In this document: positions 18,172-27,582 of the stretch, piece by piece | Layout of the letters: each line of letters opens with the position of its first letter | How positions within the stretch are numbered: position 1 is the stretch's first letter | Origin: Spirochaetales bacterium | Lineage (GTDB): Bacteria > Spirochaetota > Spirochaetia > JABEVK01 | NCBI GenBank assembly: GCA_947478845.1 | Contig: CANJXC010000003.1 | Coordinates: 246,004 to 310,003 of the forward strand | DNA length: 64,000 nt | Direction: 5' to 3' | The notes under the pieces: model-generated | Databases searched by the model: none | Seen by the model: the letters and a program-made list of their open reading frames with translations, nothing else | Told to the model about the DNA's origin: nothing | Program-made: the position numbers and the translations under genes

Positions 18172-20202
18172 GTGAAATACCAAAAGTCTGACCTAGTTCT
18201 TATTGTTGCTCACTCCACGGTTCGTGCCCACGACCTCTTGGAGCCATTGGAGGAGCTGAATCTGCGCCACGAGTTCCGAACAGCTTCGCAAGTGCACGAA
18301 GTCGACCCTGCAAACTACGCAGCGTTGTGGCTGATGGCTGGCCCCAATCCGCATCCAGAAGTGCTCAGCCCTGAACTTTCTGAGTTGGCGCAAGGGTTCT
18401 TGACGGCGGGTTTGGGGGTTTTTGCAGAGTTTGTCAGAGGGTTTGTCCCTTTGGGCGCTGAGGGGAAACTGCGCCGAGCCGGAGCTGCCCGAGTGGTTGT
18501 CGGCGAGGGTTTTGGGGGAGCAGGCGCCCTTCCCCGCGACAGAATTCTCGTAGCCCACGATGCCCTCACGTTGGAGATTCCCAAAAAACACCTTGTGTTT
18601 GCTAGCTTCGAAGACGTCGTCGGTACGAACCGAGTTCTCTCTCGCCATGGTACCCCTTGGCCCGCCTTAGTTGGCGGGGAGGCTGTCGGTAAATGGGTCT
18701 GGTCGGCCTTTAGGTTATCTGACTTTGTCCACAGGCAGTTTTCGCCTCAGGTTTGGTGGCGTGCTCTGGTACGGGACGTTCTTCGCTGGCTGCTTTCACC
18801 CGAGGCCCGGGAGCGAACTGAGGCCCACAGCATTCCTGTGGCCGTTTGGACAGAACCCAGGACTTGGGCGCCCGGAACGCTGGAAGTGGTGGTGAATACG
18901 CTCCCGGGGGCGCAGGTTACAGCGATAGGCTTGGAGTTCCAGGAACAGACCCTAGGACACTTTGTGGCAACAGCGCACGCAGCAGGGACTTGGTCGGTCA
19001 AAGTTACCAGAGACAACCGATCCCGCAACCACCGTGTGACCTCAGAAGGTGGCGACCGTATGCGTGCCTATCGCCGGTCTCTGGACAGAAGTTTGGGCTG
19101 GTTTGAACATTCAGGCGTGCTCTTGGCTGCAGACGGGTCGCTGGGAGTTGCCCAGTGGATTTCAGGCCCCGATGGAGAGGGCAAACGCATCCCCTTCGGT
19201 AAAGAGCAGATGTTCGACCCCGGCCGAGCCGACTCCCTGTTTCAATCGGGGCTGGCCTTTCTTCAGTACGGAACCCTGGCTTCAGATCCACGGCACCGGT
19301 CGATAGGCCGCAACATCCTCCTTCGTGTTCTTGAGTTCCAAAGGCTTTCCCCCGACGACGAGTTCGGGGGCCTGTGGTTTACCCGGGGCCGCTCCGGGCC
19401 TCCTTACGAACAGGATGAGGCCATGGCCATTCTTTTTTCCCTCGCGGCCTGGAACGATACGGGTGAGAGCCTCTTCCTCGAGCGGGGCATGCTCGCGGCC
19501 CGCAAGAGTCTGGACTTATTCGGCTTAGGGACTTCTGCCAGCTCCAAGGCCACTAACGACACCGAGCACCCTAGCGTCAGGGGCCAAATGTATGCGGCTT
19601 GGTTGGCAGTGTTTCTCGCTACCGGCGAAACTCAGTACCGAGACCAAGCGCTCGCTGGCCTTCTGAACATGCGCGAACGTTGGAAAGTAGTCCAAAAGAC
19701 GACTATTTCGCAGACCTCTGAGGCCGCACGTTGGTTGCTCCCCCTAGCGTTGGCTTGCCGTTGTTCGGACAACCCGGTTTTTCGTGAGGAATTGGCGACA
19801 ACGGCAGCCTACTTGCGCTCCCGAAGAGCCCCCTGTGGTGCCATCCGGGAGGAGTGCCACAACCCTGAGGGCAGTCACGACAACACGGAACCCTTAAGTG
19901 ACCAACTGTACACGACGGGGTGGGGTGCCTTAAACCTGTTGACCGCTTACAGGTTCACTGGCGAAAAAGTTTACTTGGAAGATTTTGAGATTCTCATGGA
20001 TTATCTGGTTCGCATCCAGTGTCGCACCGAAGACCGCAGCCTCTACGGTGGATGGACCCGCTGCTTCGACTTTAACCTGTGGGAAAGCCATGGTTCCAAT
20101 GCCGACCTCGGGAGTGCTTGGTGCCTGGAGACCGGTTGGTGCAACGCCATCATCGCGCTCGCTCTGGCTGGCTACTTAAAAGAGCGTACTGAGAAAGCTT
20201 GA
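18172..20202 (+). CDS. Hypothetical protein with C-terminal (alpha/alpha)-barrel, glycoside-hydrolase-like
   Basis: Repeated helix-hairpin ends (NDTGESLF, ATGETQY, FTGEKVY) and aromatic-rich C-terminus GGWTRCFD...WCLETGW. Confidence 0.6.
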   Translation: MKYQKSDLVLIVAHSTVRAHDLLEPLEELNLRHEFRTASQVHEVDPANYAALWLMAGPNPHPEVLSPELSELAQGFLTAGLGVFAEFVRGFVPLGAEGKLRRAGAARVVVGEGFGGAGALPRDRILVAHDALTLEIPKKHLVFASFEDVVGTNRVLSRHGTPWPALVGGEAVGKWVWSAFRLSDFVHRQFSPQVWWRALVRDVLRWLLSPEARERTEAHSIPVAVWTEPRTWAPGTLEVVVNTLPGAQVTAIGLEFQEQTLGHFVATAHAAGTWSVKVTRDNRSRNHRVTSEGGDRMRAYRRSLDRSLGWFEHSGVLLAADGSLGVAQWISGPDGEGKRIPFGKEQMFDPGRADSLFQSGLAFLQYGTLASDPRHRSIGRNILLRVLEFQRLSPDDEFGGLWFTRGRSGPPYEQDEAMAILFSLAAWNDTGESLFLERGMLAARKSLDLFGLGTSASSKATNDTEHPSVRGQMYAAWLAVFLATGETQYRDQALAGLLNMRERWKVVQKTTISQTSEAARWLLPLALACRCSDNPVFREELATTAAYLRSRRAPCGAIREECHNPEGSHDNTEPLSDQLYTTGWGALNLLTAYRFTGEKVYLEDFEILMDYLVRIQCRTEDRSLYGGWTRCFDFNLWESHGSNADLGSAWCLETGWCNAIIALALAGYLKERTEKA

Positions 20203-20260
20203 CAATCGGTGGGCAATCGATTCGGGCCTAGTTTATAGTTCCCTTTAGGCAGGCGTCGCA

Positions 20261-21181
20261 GTGAACAACCTTTATGTGATTGGCAGTCTTAACATGGACC
20301 TCGTGGGCAGGTCGCCCCGCTTCGTAGAACCGGGTGAAACCCTCATGGGTGGTACCTTCGGCCAATACCCCGGTGGCAAGGGGGCCAACCAAGCGGTTGC
20401 TTTGGCGCGCCTGGGCGGCAAGCCCCTTCTCATCGGGGCCCTCGGCGATGACACGTTTGGACGCGCCTACCGGGAAATCCTTGGCGCGGAAGGCATTGAT
20501 GATCGCAACATCGTCACCAAGAAAGGGTCTGCCACCGGTGTGGCCATGATAGAGGTAGCGGAAACCGGTGAAAACCGCATCCTTGTCCTTCCCGGGGCCA
20601 ACACCCAGTTGACTCCAGAAGATGTACTACCTGCCCTGGCAAAGCTCCAGCCAGGAGATCTGGTTCTGATGCAACTCGAAATTGCACTGGCGACGGTCAT
20701 CGCCCTCATTCCCGCCATCCATGCGCGGGGGGGGCGGGTTATTCTCGACCCCGCGCCTGCGGCAGTGCTACCGAAGTTGGTATTGCAAAACGTGGACATT
20801 ATGACTCCGAATCAAACCGAGGCTCAGTTGATGGCAGGGATCACTTCGGCAGAGGCTCTTGCGGTAGATTTGACTCCGGCAAGGGTTTTGTGTGACCTAG
20901 GAATTCCAGTTGTGGTGCAGAAAGCGGGCCGCCATGGCGCCTGGTGGGTGCAAAAGGGCCTGGAAAAGCAGTTTCCCGCCTTTCCCGTGACGGTGGTTGA
21001 TACTACGGCGGCGGGTGATACCTTTAACGCAGGCTTGGCCCTTGCTCTCGCCCAGGGGAAACCCCTAGAAGAAGCCATGACTTGGGCCAACGCCGCGGCC
21101 GCACTTTCCACCACCAAACACGGCGCCCAAGCGGGGATGCCAACTTGGAACGAAGTTCAGAACTTCCTTGCGCAACGCTGA
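20261..21181 (+). CDS. rbsK: Ribokinase
   Basis: GSLNMD, PGGKGANQA, TPNQTE, DTTAAGDTFN. Confidence 0.9.
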   Translation: MNNLYVIGSLNMDLVGRSPRFVEPGETLMGGTFGQYPGGKGANQAVALARLGGKPLLIGALGDDTFGRAYREILGAEGIDDRNIVTKKGSATGVAMIEVAETGENRILVLPGANTQLTPEDVLPALAKLQPGDLVLMQLEIALATVIALIPAIHARGGRVILDPAPAAVLPKLVLQNVDIMTPNQTEAQLMAGITSAEALAVDLTPARVLCDLGIPVVVQKAGRHGAWWVQKGLEKQFPAFPVTVVDTTAAGDTFNAGLALALAQGKPLEEAMTWANAAAALSTTKHGAQAGMPTWNEVQNFLAQR

Positions 21182-21187
21182 AGTCAT

Positions 21188-22444
21188 TTATTCAGCGGCA
21201 ACCTTCGAAACAGGGCGAGCAATTCGCAGCACCAAATACGCCGCCACGAGGCACAGCACCGCGCTGATGTAAAACGCAAGGGCGTAGTCGCCGAACTGTA
21301 CCCTGAGCAAGGCTGCCCCAAAGGCTGCTACGGCCCCGCCAATTTGGTGCGAGGCAAACACCCAACCGTACACCACGGTACCCCGTTCGGGGCCGAGGAC
21401 CTTTCGACAAAGGAGAATGGTCGGGGGTACCGTTGCCACCCAGTCCAGGCCGTAAAAAATCACAAACACCAAAGTCGACGGGTGCACGGTGCTAAACAAA
21501 ATCGAGGGAAGTAAAAACAGCGACAGCCCGCGCAGGCCATAGTAAGCGAACAGGAGCCGGCGGGCATCGAACCGGTCGGTAAGCCACCCGGAGGCCAAGG
21601 TGCCCACTACGTCGAAAACGCCCACCAGCGCCAACAAGCCCGCTGCGACCGGCTCCATCATGCCGTGGTCGTGGGCCGCGGGGATAAAGTGGGTACCCAC
21701 CAGCCCATTGGTGGAAAGGCCGCAGACGAAGAACGACAGCACGAGGTACCAGAAAGTCTTTTCCTTGGCCGCTTGCCTCAAGGTATCGAGGGCGAGCTTC
21801 CCAGCGGGCATCGTGTTTTTGGGGGGAGGAGCCCAGTCTTCGGGAGCGCCGTAAGGCTTGAGTCCACGTTTCTGCGGACTCTCACCGAGAAAAAAGAACA
21901 CCAAGGGAACGACCAAAAGAGAACACGCCGCCACAGTGAGCGAAACACTCTTCCAGCCCCAGTCCATGGCCAGCATGGCCAGACCTGGGAGAAACACCAG
22001 TTGCCCTGTGGCCGAGGCGGCCGTCAACAACCCTGTGACCAAACCCCGCCGAGCCACAAACCAGCGAGAGGCAACCGTGGCCGCGAAAACCAAGGCCATG
22101 GAGCCTGTGCCTACGCCCACCACCACGCCCCACAACACCACCAACTGCCAGGGAGCGTTGATGAAAATGGTCGCTGCCGAGCCGGCGGCCACCACGGCCA
22201 GCGCCGTCATTACCACCCGGCGTATACCAAACCGTTCCATCAGAGCGGCTGCAAAGGGGGCCACGAGCCCAAACAACAGCACATTCACCGCCACGGCAAA
22301 CGAGATGTCGGCCCGGCTCCAGCCAAAAGCGTCTTCGAGAGGAATGATGAGCACGGAAGGCGCCGAACGGAAGCCGGCGGTGGCCATCAAGGTGACAAAA
22401 GCCACCCCGACGGCCACCCAGCCTGGATGAAATTTCCGGGTCAT
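21188..22444 (-). CDS. MFS transporter
   Basis: About 12 TM helices; ALMERFGIRR and GWLTDRFDAR motif A. Confidence 0.9.
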   Translation of the reverse strand: MTRKFHPGWVAVGVAFVTLMATAGFRSAPSVLIIPLEDAFGWSRADISFAVAVNVLLFGLVAPFAAALMERFGIRRVVMTALAVVAAGSAATIFINAPWQLVVLWGVVVGVGTGSMALVFAATVASRWFVARRGLVTGLLTAASATGQLVFLPGLAMLAMDWGWKSVSLTVAACSLLVVPLVFFFLGESPQKRGLKPYGAPEDWAPPPKNTMPAGKLALDTLRQAAKEKTFWYLVLSFFVCGLSTNGLVGTHFIPAAHDHGMMEPVAAGLLALVGVFDVVGTLASGWLTDRFDARRLLFAYYGLRGLSLFLLPSILFSTVHPSTLVFVIFYGLDWVATVPPTILLCRKVLGPERGTVVYGWVFASHQIGGAVAAFGAALLRVQFGDYALAFYISAVLCLVAAYLVLRIARPVSKVAAE

Positions 22445-23601
22445 TTCTTCCTCAAGAGCGCAGCGAACGGGTTATAGGTGTCGCTATCGGCTGCGCTTCC
22501 TAGGTATTTAGCCGAGGTTTCATCCTCCTCACGGGTTGTGGCCTGCTTGAGAGAAATCCTTCGGTTAGCGCGGTCCACACCCAACACCTGCACCGAGAGG
22601 GTCTGCCCCAACTTAACGTTGATTTCGCCGCTATCGCCAAACTTGCCGGCACTGCGAAAGTCGGAAATGTGAACTAGTCCGTCTAGGCCAGGTTCCAGTG
22701 CAACAAAAGCCCCAAAATCGGTGAGCCGCACCACCTTTCCGACGTGTTTGGTCCCTTCGGGGTATTTCCCTACAGCCTGGTCCCAAGGATCAGCCAAGAG
22801 GCTCTTCATGCTCAGGGTGATCCGCTCTGTTTTCCAATCAATCTTGAGGATGGACGCCTGGATCTCCTGACCAACCGACAAGATAGCCCGAATATCGTCT
22901 ACCCTCGCTCTGCCAATCTCGCTGACGGGAAGGAGTCCTTGAGCACCGCCTAAGTCGACAAAAGCCCCGAAATCCTGGATGGACTTGATGGAACCCTTGA
23001 TGACCATGCCTTCGTGGAGGTTCTTTTTCAAGGACTCGAGGGTGATCAGACGGGCTTCTTCATGGATGGCCCTGTTGGAAACCAGAATGTTGCGCCCGTT
23101 TTCCTTGTACTCCTGAATCTTGAACCTCAGGTGCTTGCCCACGTAGTCTGCGGAGTTGTCGGTTCTTTTTTCGCCCATCTGCGAGTACGGACAAAAGGCG
23201 CGTGACTCCCCGATTTTGATCTGGAAGCCACCCTTGATCTCTTTCTCGACCAAGCCTTCGACAGGAATCTTTTCCTGAAAGGCTTTCTCCAACATTTCTG
23301 GGCCGGCAGACTCGCCGCTGATGCGAGTGGTGAACTGCATTTCGCCATTGTCGGCCTTGAGAAAGTACACCTTCAGGGGGTCGCCGATATGAATGGAAAG
23401 GTTGCCCTCCTTGTCGGTGAGTTCCTCTCGGGGAAGAATGCCCTCACTCTTACCGTTCAGTTGCAAAAAAATCGTATCTTTGCCGATCGACAAGACAACA
23501 GTCTCTAGCAGTTGCCCCGGCTTGTAGGTCTCCATTTTGGAGAAACTCTTTTCGTAGAGGCTGGCAAAGTCTTCGCTGGCGGCGGGTTCGGATGTTTTCA
23601 C
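22441..23601 (-). CDS. S1-domain RNA-binding protein (short 4-domain ribosomal protein S1-like)
   Basis: Four S1 repeats (KGGF..AFCPYSQ, DFGAFVDLG, DFGAFVALEPGLDGLVHIS); C-terminal NPFAALL. Confidence 0.85.
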   Translation of the reverse strand: MKTSEPAASEDFASLYEKSFSKMETYKPGQLLETVVLSIGKDTIFLQLNGKSEGILPREELTDKEGNLSIHIGDPLKVYFLKADNGEMQFTTRISGESAGPEMLEKAFQEKIPVEGLVEKEIKGGFQIKIGESRAFCPYSQMGEKRTDNSADYVGKHLRFKIQEYKENGRNILVSNRAIHEEARLITLESLKKNLHEGMVIKGSIKSIQDFGAFVDLGGAQGLLPVSEIGRARVDDIRAILSVGQEIQASILKIDWKTERITLSMKSLLADPWDQAVGKYPEGTKHVGKVVRLTDFGAFVALEPGLDGLVHISDFRSAGKFGDSGEINVKLGQTLSVQVLGVDRANRRISLKQATTREEDETSAKYLGSAADSDTYNPFAALLRKK

Positions 23602-23670
23602 GGAGGTACTCCTAGGGAGCCCTGACTATAGCAGGAATCGCCGATTTGAAAAAAGCGATGGGGCGACGGG

Positions 23671-24135
23671 CTAGTATTCGCCTTTGACAACGAAAAACGA
23701 TCCACGGATGGTTCCGGCGAGTTTCGATTTCTGCCTGGCAAACTTGAACTTTTCAGCCAGTTCGAGGGGCACTTCCATCCCATCGCAGAGCTTAAAGCCC
23801 ACGGCGCGCCTCTTCGGGTCGTCGACCGTGTACATCACATTGACGACCAGGCCGCTTTGGTAAAACACATACGCGAACTTGATGTTCTCGACCTGAAACT
23901 GCGAGGTTTCCAAGGGCTTGGAGGCACACTCCAGTTTCCGCTCGTCTTTGAGCACCCGCTGAACGTAGGCGAGGGTATCCTGGCTTTCGCCGGCGGCTGT
24001 AACCGTGAAGGCGTGCTTGTACTTGTTGGAAAAGTAGCGAGCCTCATTGGCCCGCAAACCGGCGAGGGCCTGCACCACCGGTGAGCTCTCCAAACCAACT
24101 GTGGACACTTTGGCAAAATCAACAACGTAAGGCAT
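23671..24135 (-). CDS. Conserved hypothetical protein (154 aa)
   Basis: AGGAG RBS and clean ORF; no function recognised. Confidence 0.7.
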   Translation of the reverse strand: MPYVVDFAKVSTVGLESSPVVQALAGLRANEARYFSNKYKHAFTVTAAGESQDTLAYVQRVLKDERKLECASKPLETSQFQVENIKFAYVFYQSGLVVNVMYTVDDPKRRAVGFKLCDGMEVPLELAEKFKFARQKSKLAGTIRGSFFVVKGEY

Positions 24136-24153
24136 TCTCTGGGCTCCTGTATT

Positions 24154-25116
24154 TCACGGACGCAACACAACCCGGAAACCGAAGTTGTTGCCGTCGTAGT
24201 CGGGGAAGTAGCTTCCACGGCATTTCACCTCCGCACCGACACCGCAGCCGCCGGCCCAACCACCGCCGCGAAGGGCGCGGCCGGACCCAGAGTCTGCCCC
24301 CACCGGATCGGTTTGATCGGTGGTGGGGTAGTCGTCGTACCAGTCTTGGCACCATTCCCACACGTTGCCACTGAGGTCGTACAAGCCCAGTTCGTTGGGC
24401 GAAAGCGAAGCCACTTCATGCGGTTGGTTGGAACTATTTTCGGAGGTCCAGGCCACTTCCGATACGGTGTTGCTACCCGCGTACCGGTAGCCTGCACTGA
24501 GGTTACCACCCGCGGCTGCAAACTGCCATTCTGCCTCGGTTGGCAGCCGGTAACCATTCTTGGTCATGTCGAAGCTCACGGTGGCAGAAGTGATGGGGTA
24601 ACCGGTTTCGGGAGTCCTGTCGGTGATGCTGTACACCTTCTCTCGGCCCGCAAGAACGCTAAGCTTGTTGCAGAACTCGGCGGCATCGTACCAGGTAACA
24701 TTTTCCACGGGCTTATTGTCGAAGTCGTTGAAGGTGCTTGGATTGTAACCGGTTACCGAGCGGTACAAACCTTGTGGAATCTCTGTGGTGGACATGCGAA
24801 AGCTGGTGAGCGTTATGTTGCTGACGCCGTTGTTGAACGTTCCCCCGGGCACCAGGACGGTTTCGGGAGCAACTCGACCAACGGTGGCCACTTTGGCACC
24901 CGCGGGGGAATCGACCGCCGATTTGCCTACGGGGGAGTTTACGATGACGACGGGCGTCACTTTTTCGGGAGAGCTGGCGATCGCGACCACGGGGGCCTTG
25001 AGTTCTTGGGCGATGGGTTTCGGTTGGGTAGCGCCGTCGCAGTTGGTGAGCAGCGGTAGAAGTGTGAGCAAGAAAACGGCAAATCCTGTGAGGCGATCCA
25101 TAACTATGCCCATCAT
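24154..25116 (-). CDS. Lipoprotein with FGE-sulfatase/C-type-lectin-fold domain
   Basis: Lipobox LTN-C; PVENVTWYDA, YRLPTEAEW, PNELGLYDLSGNVWEWC, RGGGW, GFRV; start uncertain. Confidence 0.88.
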   Translation of the reverse strand: MMGIVMDRLTGFAVFLLTLLPLLTNCDGATQPKPIAQELKAPVVAIASSPEKVTPVVIVNSPVGKSAVDSPAGAKVATVGRVAPETVLVPGGTFNNGVSNITLTSFRMSTTEIPQGLYRSVTGYNPSTFNDFDNKPVENVTWYDAAEFCNKLSVLAGREKVYSITDRTPETGYPITSATVSFDMTKNGYRLPTEAEWQFAAAGGNLSAGYRYAGSNTVSEVAWTSENSSNQPHEVASLSPNELGLYDLSGNVWEWCQDWYDDYPTTDQTDPVGADSGSGRALRGGGWAGGCGVGAEVKCRGSYFPDYDGNNFGFRVVLRP

Positions 25117-25138
25117 GGGTGCATCTTTGAAAAAGAAT

Positions 25139-25588
25139 CTACTGGCTGGGGTTTGGGTTGACCAGCCACTGTTCAATCTGTGCTTGGATCGCGTCCCGTA
25201 TTGGGCGTATGCCGGCTAGTTTTTCTTCCTCGGTGCCTTGAAGAGCGCTAGGATCGGGAAAGCCCCAATGGAGCCGAGTGGCGTTGGCATTAGTACCCCG
25301 CCCCGGGAACATCGGGCACCGTTCGGCGTTGGTTTCATCACAAACGGTGATCACGGTGTCAAACTTTTCACCGGCATCGATGAGGTCTTGAGCCTTTTTG
25401 GCAAAATGGCCCGAGATATCGATACCCACCTCGGCCATCGATTTAACCACCAGCGGGTTGAGCTTGCCCGATTCGATGCCGGCGCTCGCCACCTCGAATT
25501 GGTCGCCGGCCAGATGCCGCAAAAACCCTTCCGCCATTTGGCTGCGGCCCGAATTGTGAATGCAAACATAAATCACGCGCTTGTTCAT
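25139..25588 (-). CDS. arsC: Thioredoxin-type arsenate reductase (LMWP fold)
   Basis: CIHNSGRSQMAE, VITVCD, ERCP, HWGFPDP; overlaps the acr3 stop. Confidence 0.92.
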   Translation of the reverse strand: MNKRVIYVCIHNSGRSQMAEGFLRHLAGDQFEVASAGIESGKLNPLVVKSMAEVGIDISGHFAKKAQDLIDAGEKFDTVITVCDETNAERCPMFPGRGTNANATRLHWGFPDPSALQGTEEEKLAGIRPIRDAIQAQIEQWLVNPNPSQ

Positions 25589-26634
25589 GCGTTGCTCCTT
25601 GTGGTCCAAAGTTTGTTCTTCCACGAGAGTCCCACTTTGACCAGCAGGATCATCACCGGCACCTCGATCAGCGGCCCAATGACGGCGGCAAAGGCTTGTG
25701 GCGAGGCAGCGCCCCAAAGGGCGATTGCCACGGCAATGGCCAGCTCAAAATCGTTGCTGGCCGCCGAAAAAGCCGCCGCTGTGCTTTCTTCGTAGCTACC
25801 CCCCAAAGCGCGGGCAATAAACAGCGTAGAGAGCCAGATCACCACAAAGTACACTACCAAAGGAAGCGCCACCAACAGTACATCCAGCGGCCGGTCGAGG
25901 AAGTTCCGTCCTTGAAGCGAGAACATCACGACAATTGTGAACAATAGGAAGATGAGGGTCAGTGGCGAAATGCGCGGCACAAATACGGTGTCGTACCATT
26001 CTTTGCCTTTGGTTCGAACCAAAACCAATCGGCTCAAAAGTCCGGCCAGAAACGGGATGCCCAGATAAATTAACACCGTGAGAGCCGAATCCCAGAAGGA
26101 AACCGAGGCTTGCACCCCGGGAACCAAGCCCGTGGACCCAAGGAACACCGTGATGAACAGCCAGATGTAGAAGGCATAAAACAGCACTTGGAAAATGGCA
26201 TTAAGAGCCACGAGGCCGACGCCAAACTCACGGTGCCCTCCCGCTAGGTCGTTCCAAACAACCACCATGGCAATGCATCTGGCCAAGCCGACCAGAACCA
26301 CGCCGATCAGGTAACCCGGGTAGGCGTGCAAAAAAACCACGGCCAGGGCGGTCATCAGCACCGGCCCAACAAGCCAGTTCTGCACCAGCGACAAAACCAG
26401 CAGTTTGCGATTCGCCCCCAAGGATTTGCCCATCTCCTCGTAGCGCACCTTGGCCAAGGGAGGGTACATCATCAAAATCAATCCAATAGCCAGGGGAATC
26501 GACGTAGTACCCACCGAAAGGGAGGAAATTCAGCTCGTCCAACCCGGAAACCAGGCTCCCAAGGCGAGGCCGAGCGCCATGGCAAGGACAATCCAAAGGG
26601 TGAGCCAGCGATCCAAGAACGACAAATGTTTCAT
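25585..26634 (-). pseudogene. acr3: Acr3 arsenite efflux permease with in-frame TGA at codon 35
   Basis: [15 protein letters not shown]...[34 protein letters not shown]; TGA at 26532-26530 in frame; ARCIAMV, SNDFELAIA and GPLIEVP intact. Confidence 0.85.
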
Positions 26635-26738
26635 GGGCAAACTATATGGCTACATGCTCATCCCGCACAAGCAAAGGCTCGTGGCAAGTTTGTCGCAGTG
26701 GAGTTATGCTAGGGATGCTACCATAAGGAGGTGCAGCG

Positions 26739-27056
26739 ATGTCGTTTCAAGCGTATTTGGACGCAGTAGAAGACAAGACCGGGAAGACGCCCAACGAGTT
26801 GATTGAGCTCGCACGTCAAAAGGGCTTTCAGGATCCGAAGACCAAGGCCGGAGTGATCCTCGAGTGGCTGAAGGCAGACTTTGGGCTCGGTAGAGGCCAT
26901 GGAATGGCGCTTGTCCACGTGATCAAACATGGCCCCCAGATTTCCGACAAACACGTGGGCACCGGTACGGCACATTCTGACCCGTCTCATCTGTTGCACC
27001 TTGATGGCAAAAAGAATCGCGGCGCTGCACCTACCGCATCGCCCGCTCATGACTAA
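26739..27056 (+). CDS. DUF4287-like protein
   Basis: MSFQAYLDAVEDKTGKTP...WLKADFGLGRGHGMAL; AGGAGG RBS. Confidence 0.8.
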   Translation: MSFQAYLDAVEDKTGKTPNELIELARQKGFQDPKTKAGVILEWLKADFGLGRGHGMALVHVIKHGPQISDKHVGTGTAHSDPSHLLHLDGKKNRGAAPTASPAHD

Positions 27057-27582
27057 GAAGGATTTCCTTTCGTTCCAGACCCCATTTGTAGCCTCCGAGC
27101 CCTCCGTCACCCCGGAGGACTCGGTGACACGGTACCAGCAGTGCTACCCGGTTTTTGGCGCACGCCGAGGCAACGGCGCGAACCGCTTTGGGTCGTCCGA
27201 GAGCCTGGGCCACTTCGCTGTAACTTCGCACCTCACCGGCCGCTATCGTTTGAAGGTATTGCCAAACCGACCTCTGAAACGTGGTTCCTCGGAGATCCAA
27301 GGGTAGGTTTGGTAATGCCGTGCCCTCGAGGAACTCCACGATCGCTTTTGTCCAACGCGTAAACTGCGGTGCCGCAGGAATGGGCACCGGTTCAATAGTG
27401 GCATGACTAAACTCCGACCCGAGGGCAGCAAGAAGGCCGTCCCGGTCGTTGGAAAACTGAAGGAAGCAAATGCCGCGGTCAGTGGCTCCTAGGCCGAGCC
27501 ATCCCAGGCGGGTGAGAGAATCTGCGAAAAACACCCGGGCTGGCAACGCTAGGTTTCGAGGCTCAACAGGCACCTTCGTCAT
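27031..27582 (-). CDS. ogt: Methylated-DNA-protein cysteine methyltransferase (Ogt / Ada C-terminal part)
   Basis: GTTFQRSVW, AVRAVASAC, VPCHRV, GGYKWG; ATG overlaps the desaturase stop. Confidence 0.88.
   Translation of the reverse strand: MTKVPVEPRNLALPARVFFADSLTRLGWLGLGATDRGICFLQFSNDRDGLLAALGSEFSHATIEPVPIPAAPQFTRWTKAIVEFLEGTALPNLPLDLRGTTFQRSVWQYLQTIAAGEVRSYSEVAQALGRPKAVRAVASACAKNRVALLVPCHRVLRGDGGLGGYKWGLERKEILLSHERAMR

Noticed and set aside
26530-26532. Genome-wide TGA=Trp recoding or selenocysteine
   Set aside because: TGA ends many genes here, including ATGA/GTGA overlaps, and the position is not a catalytic Cys site of Acr3.
26539-26553. CAACCCGGAAACC match to the FGE gene 3' end, as a possible DGR template repeat
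   Set aside because: It is only about 13 bp, lies inside acr3 coding sequence (FPGW), and the flanks do not align.
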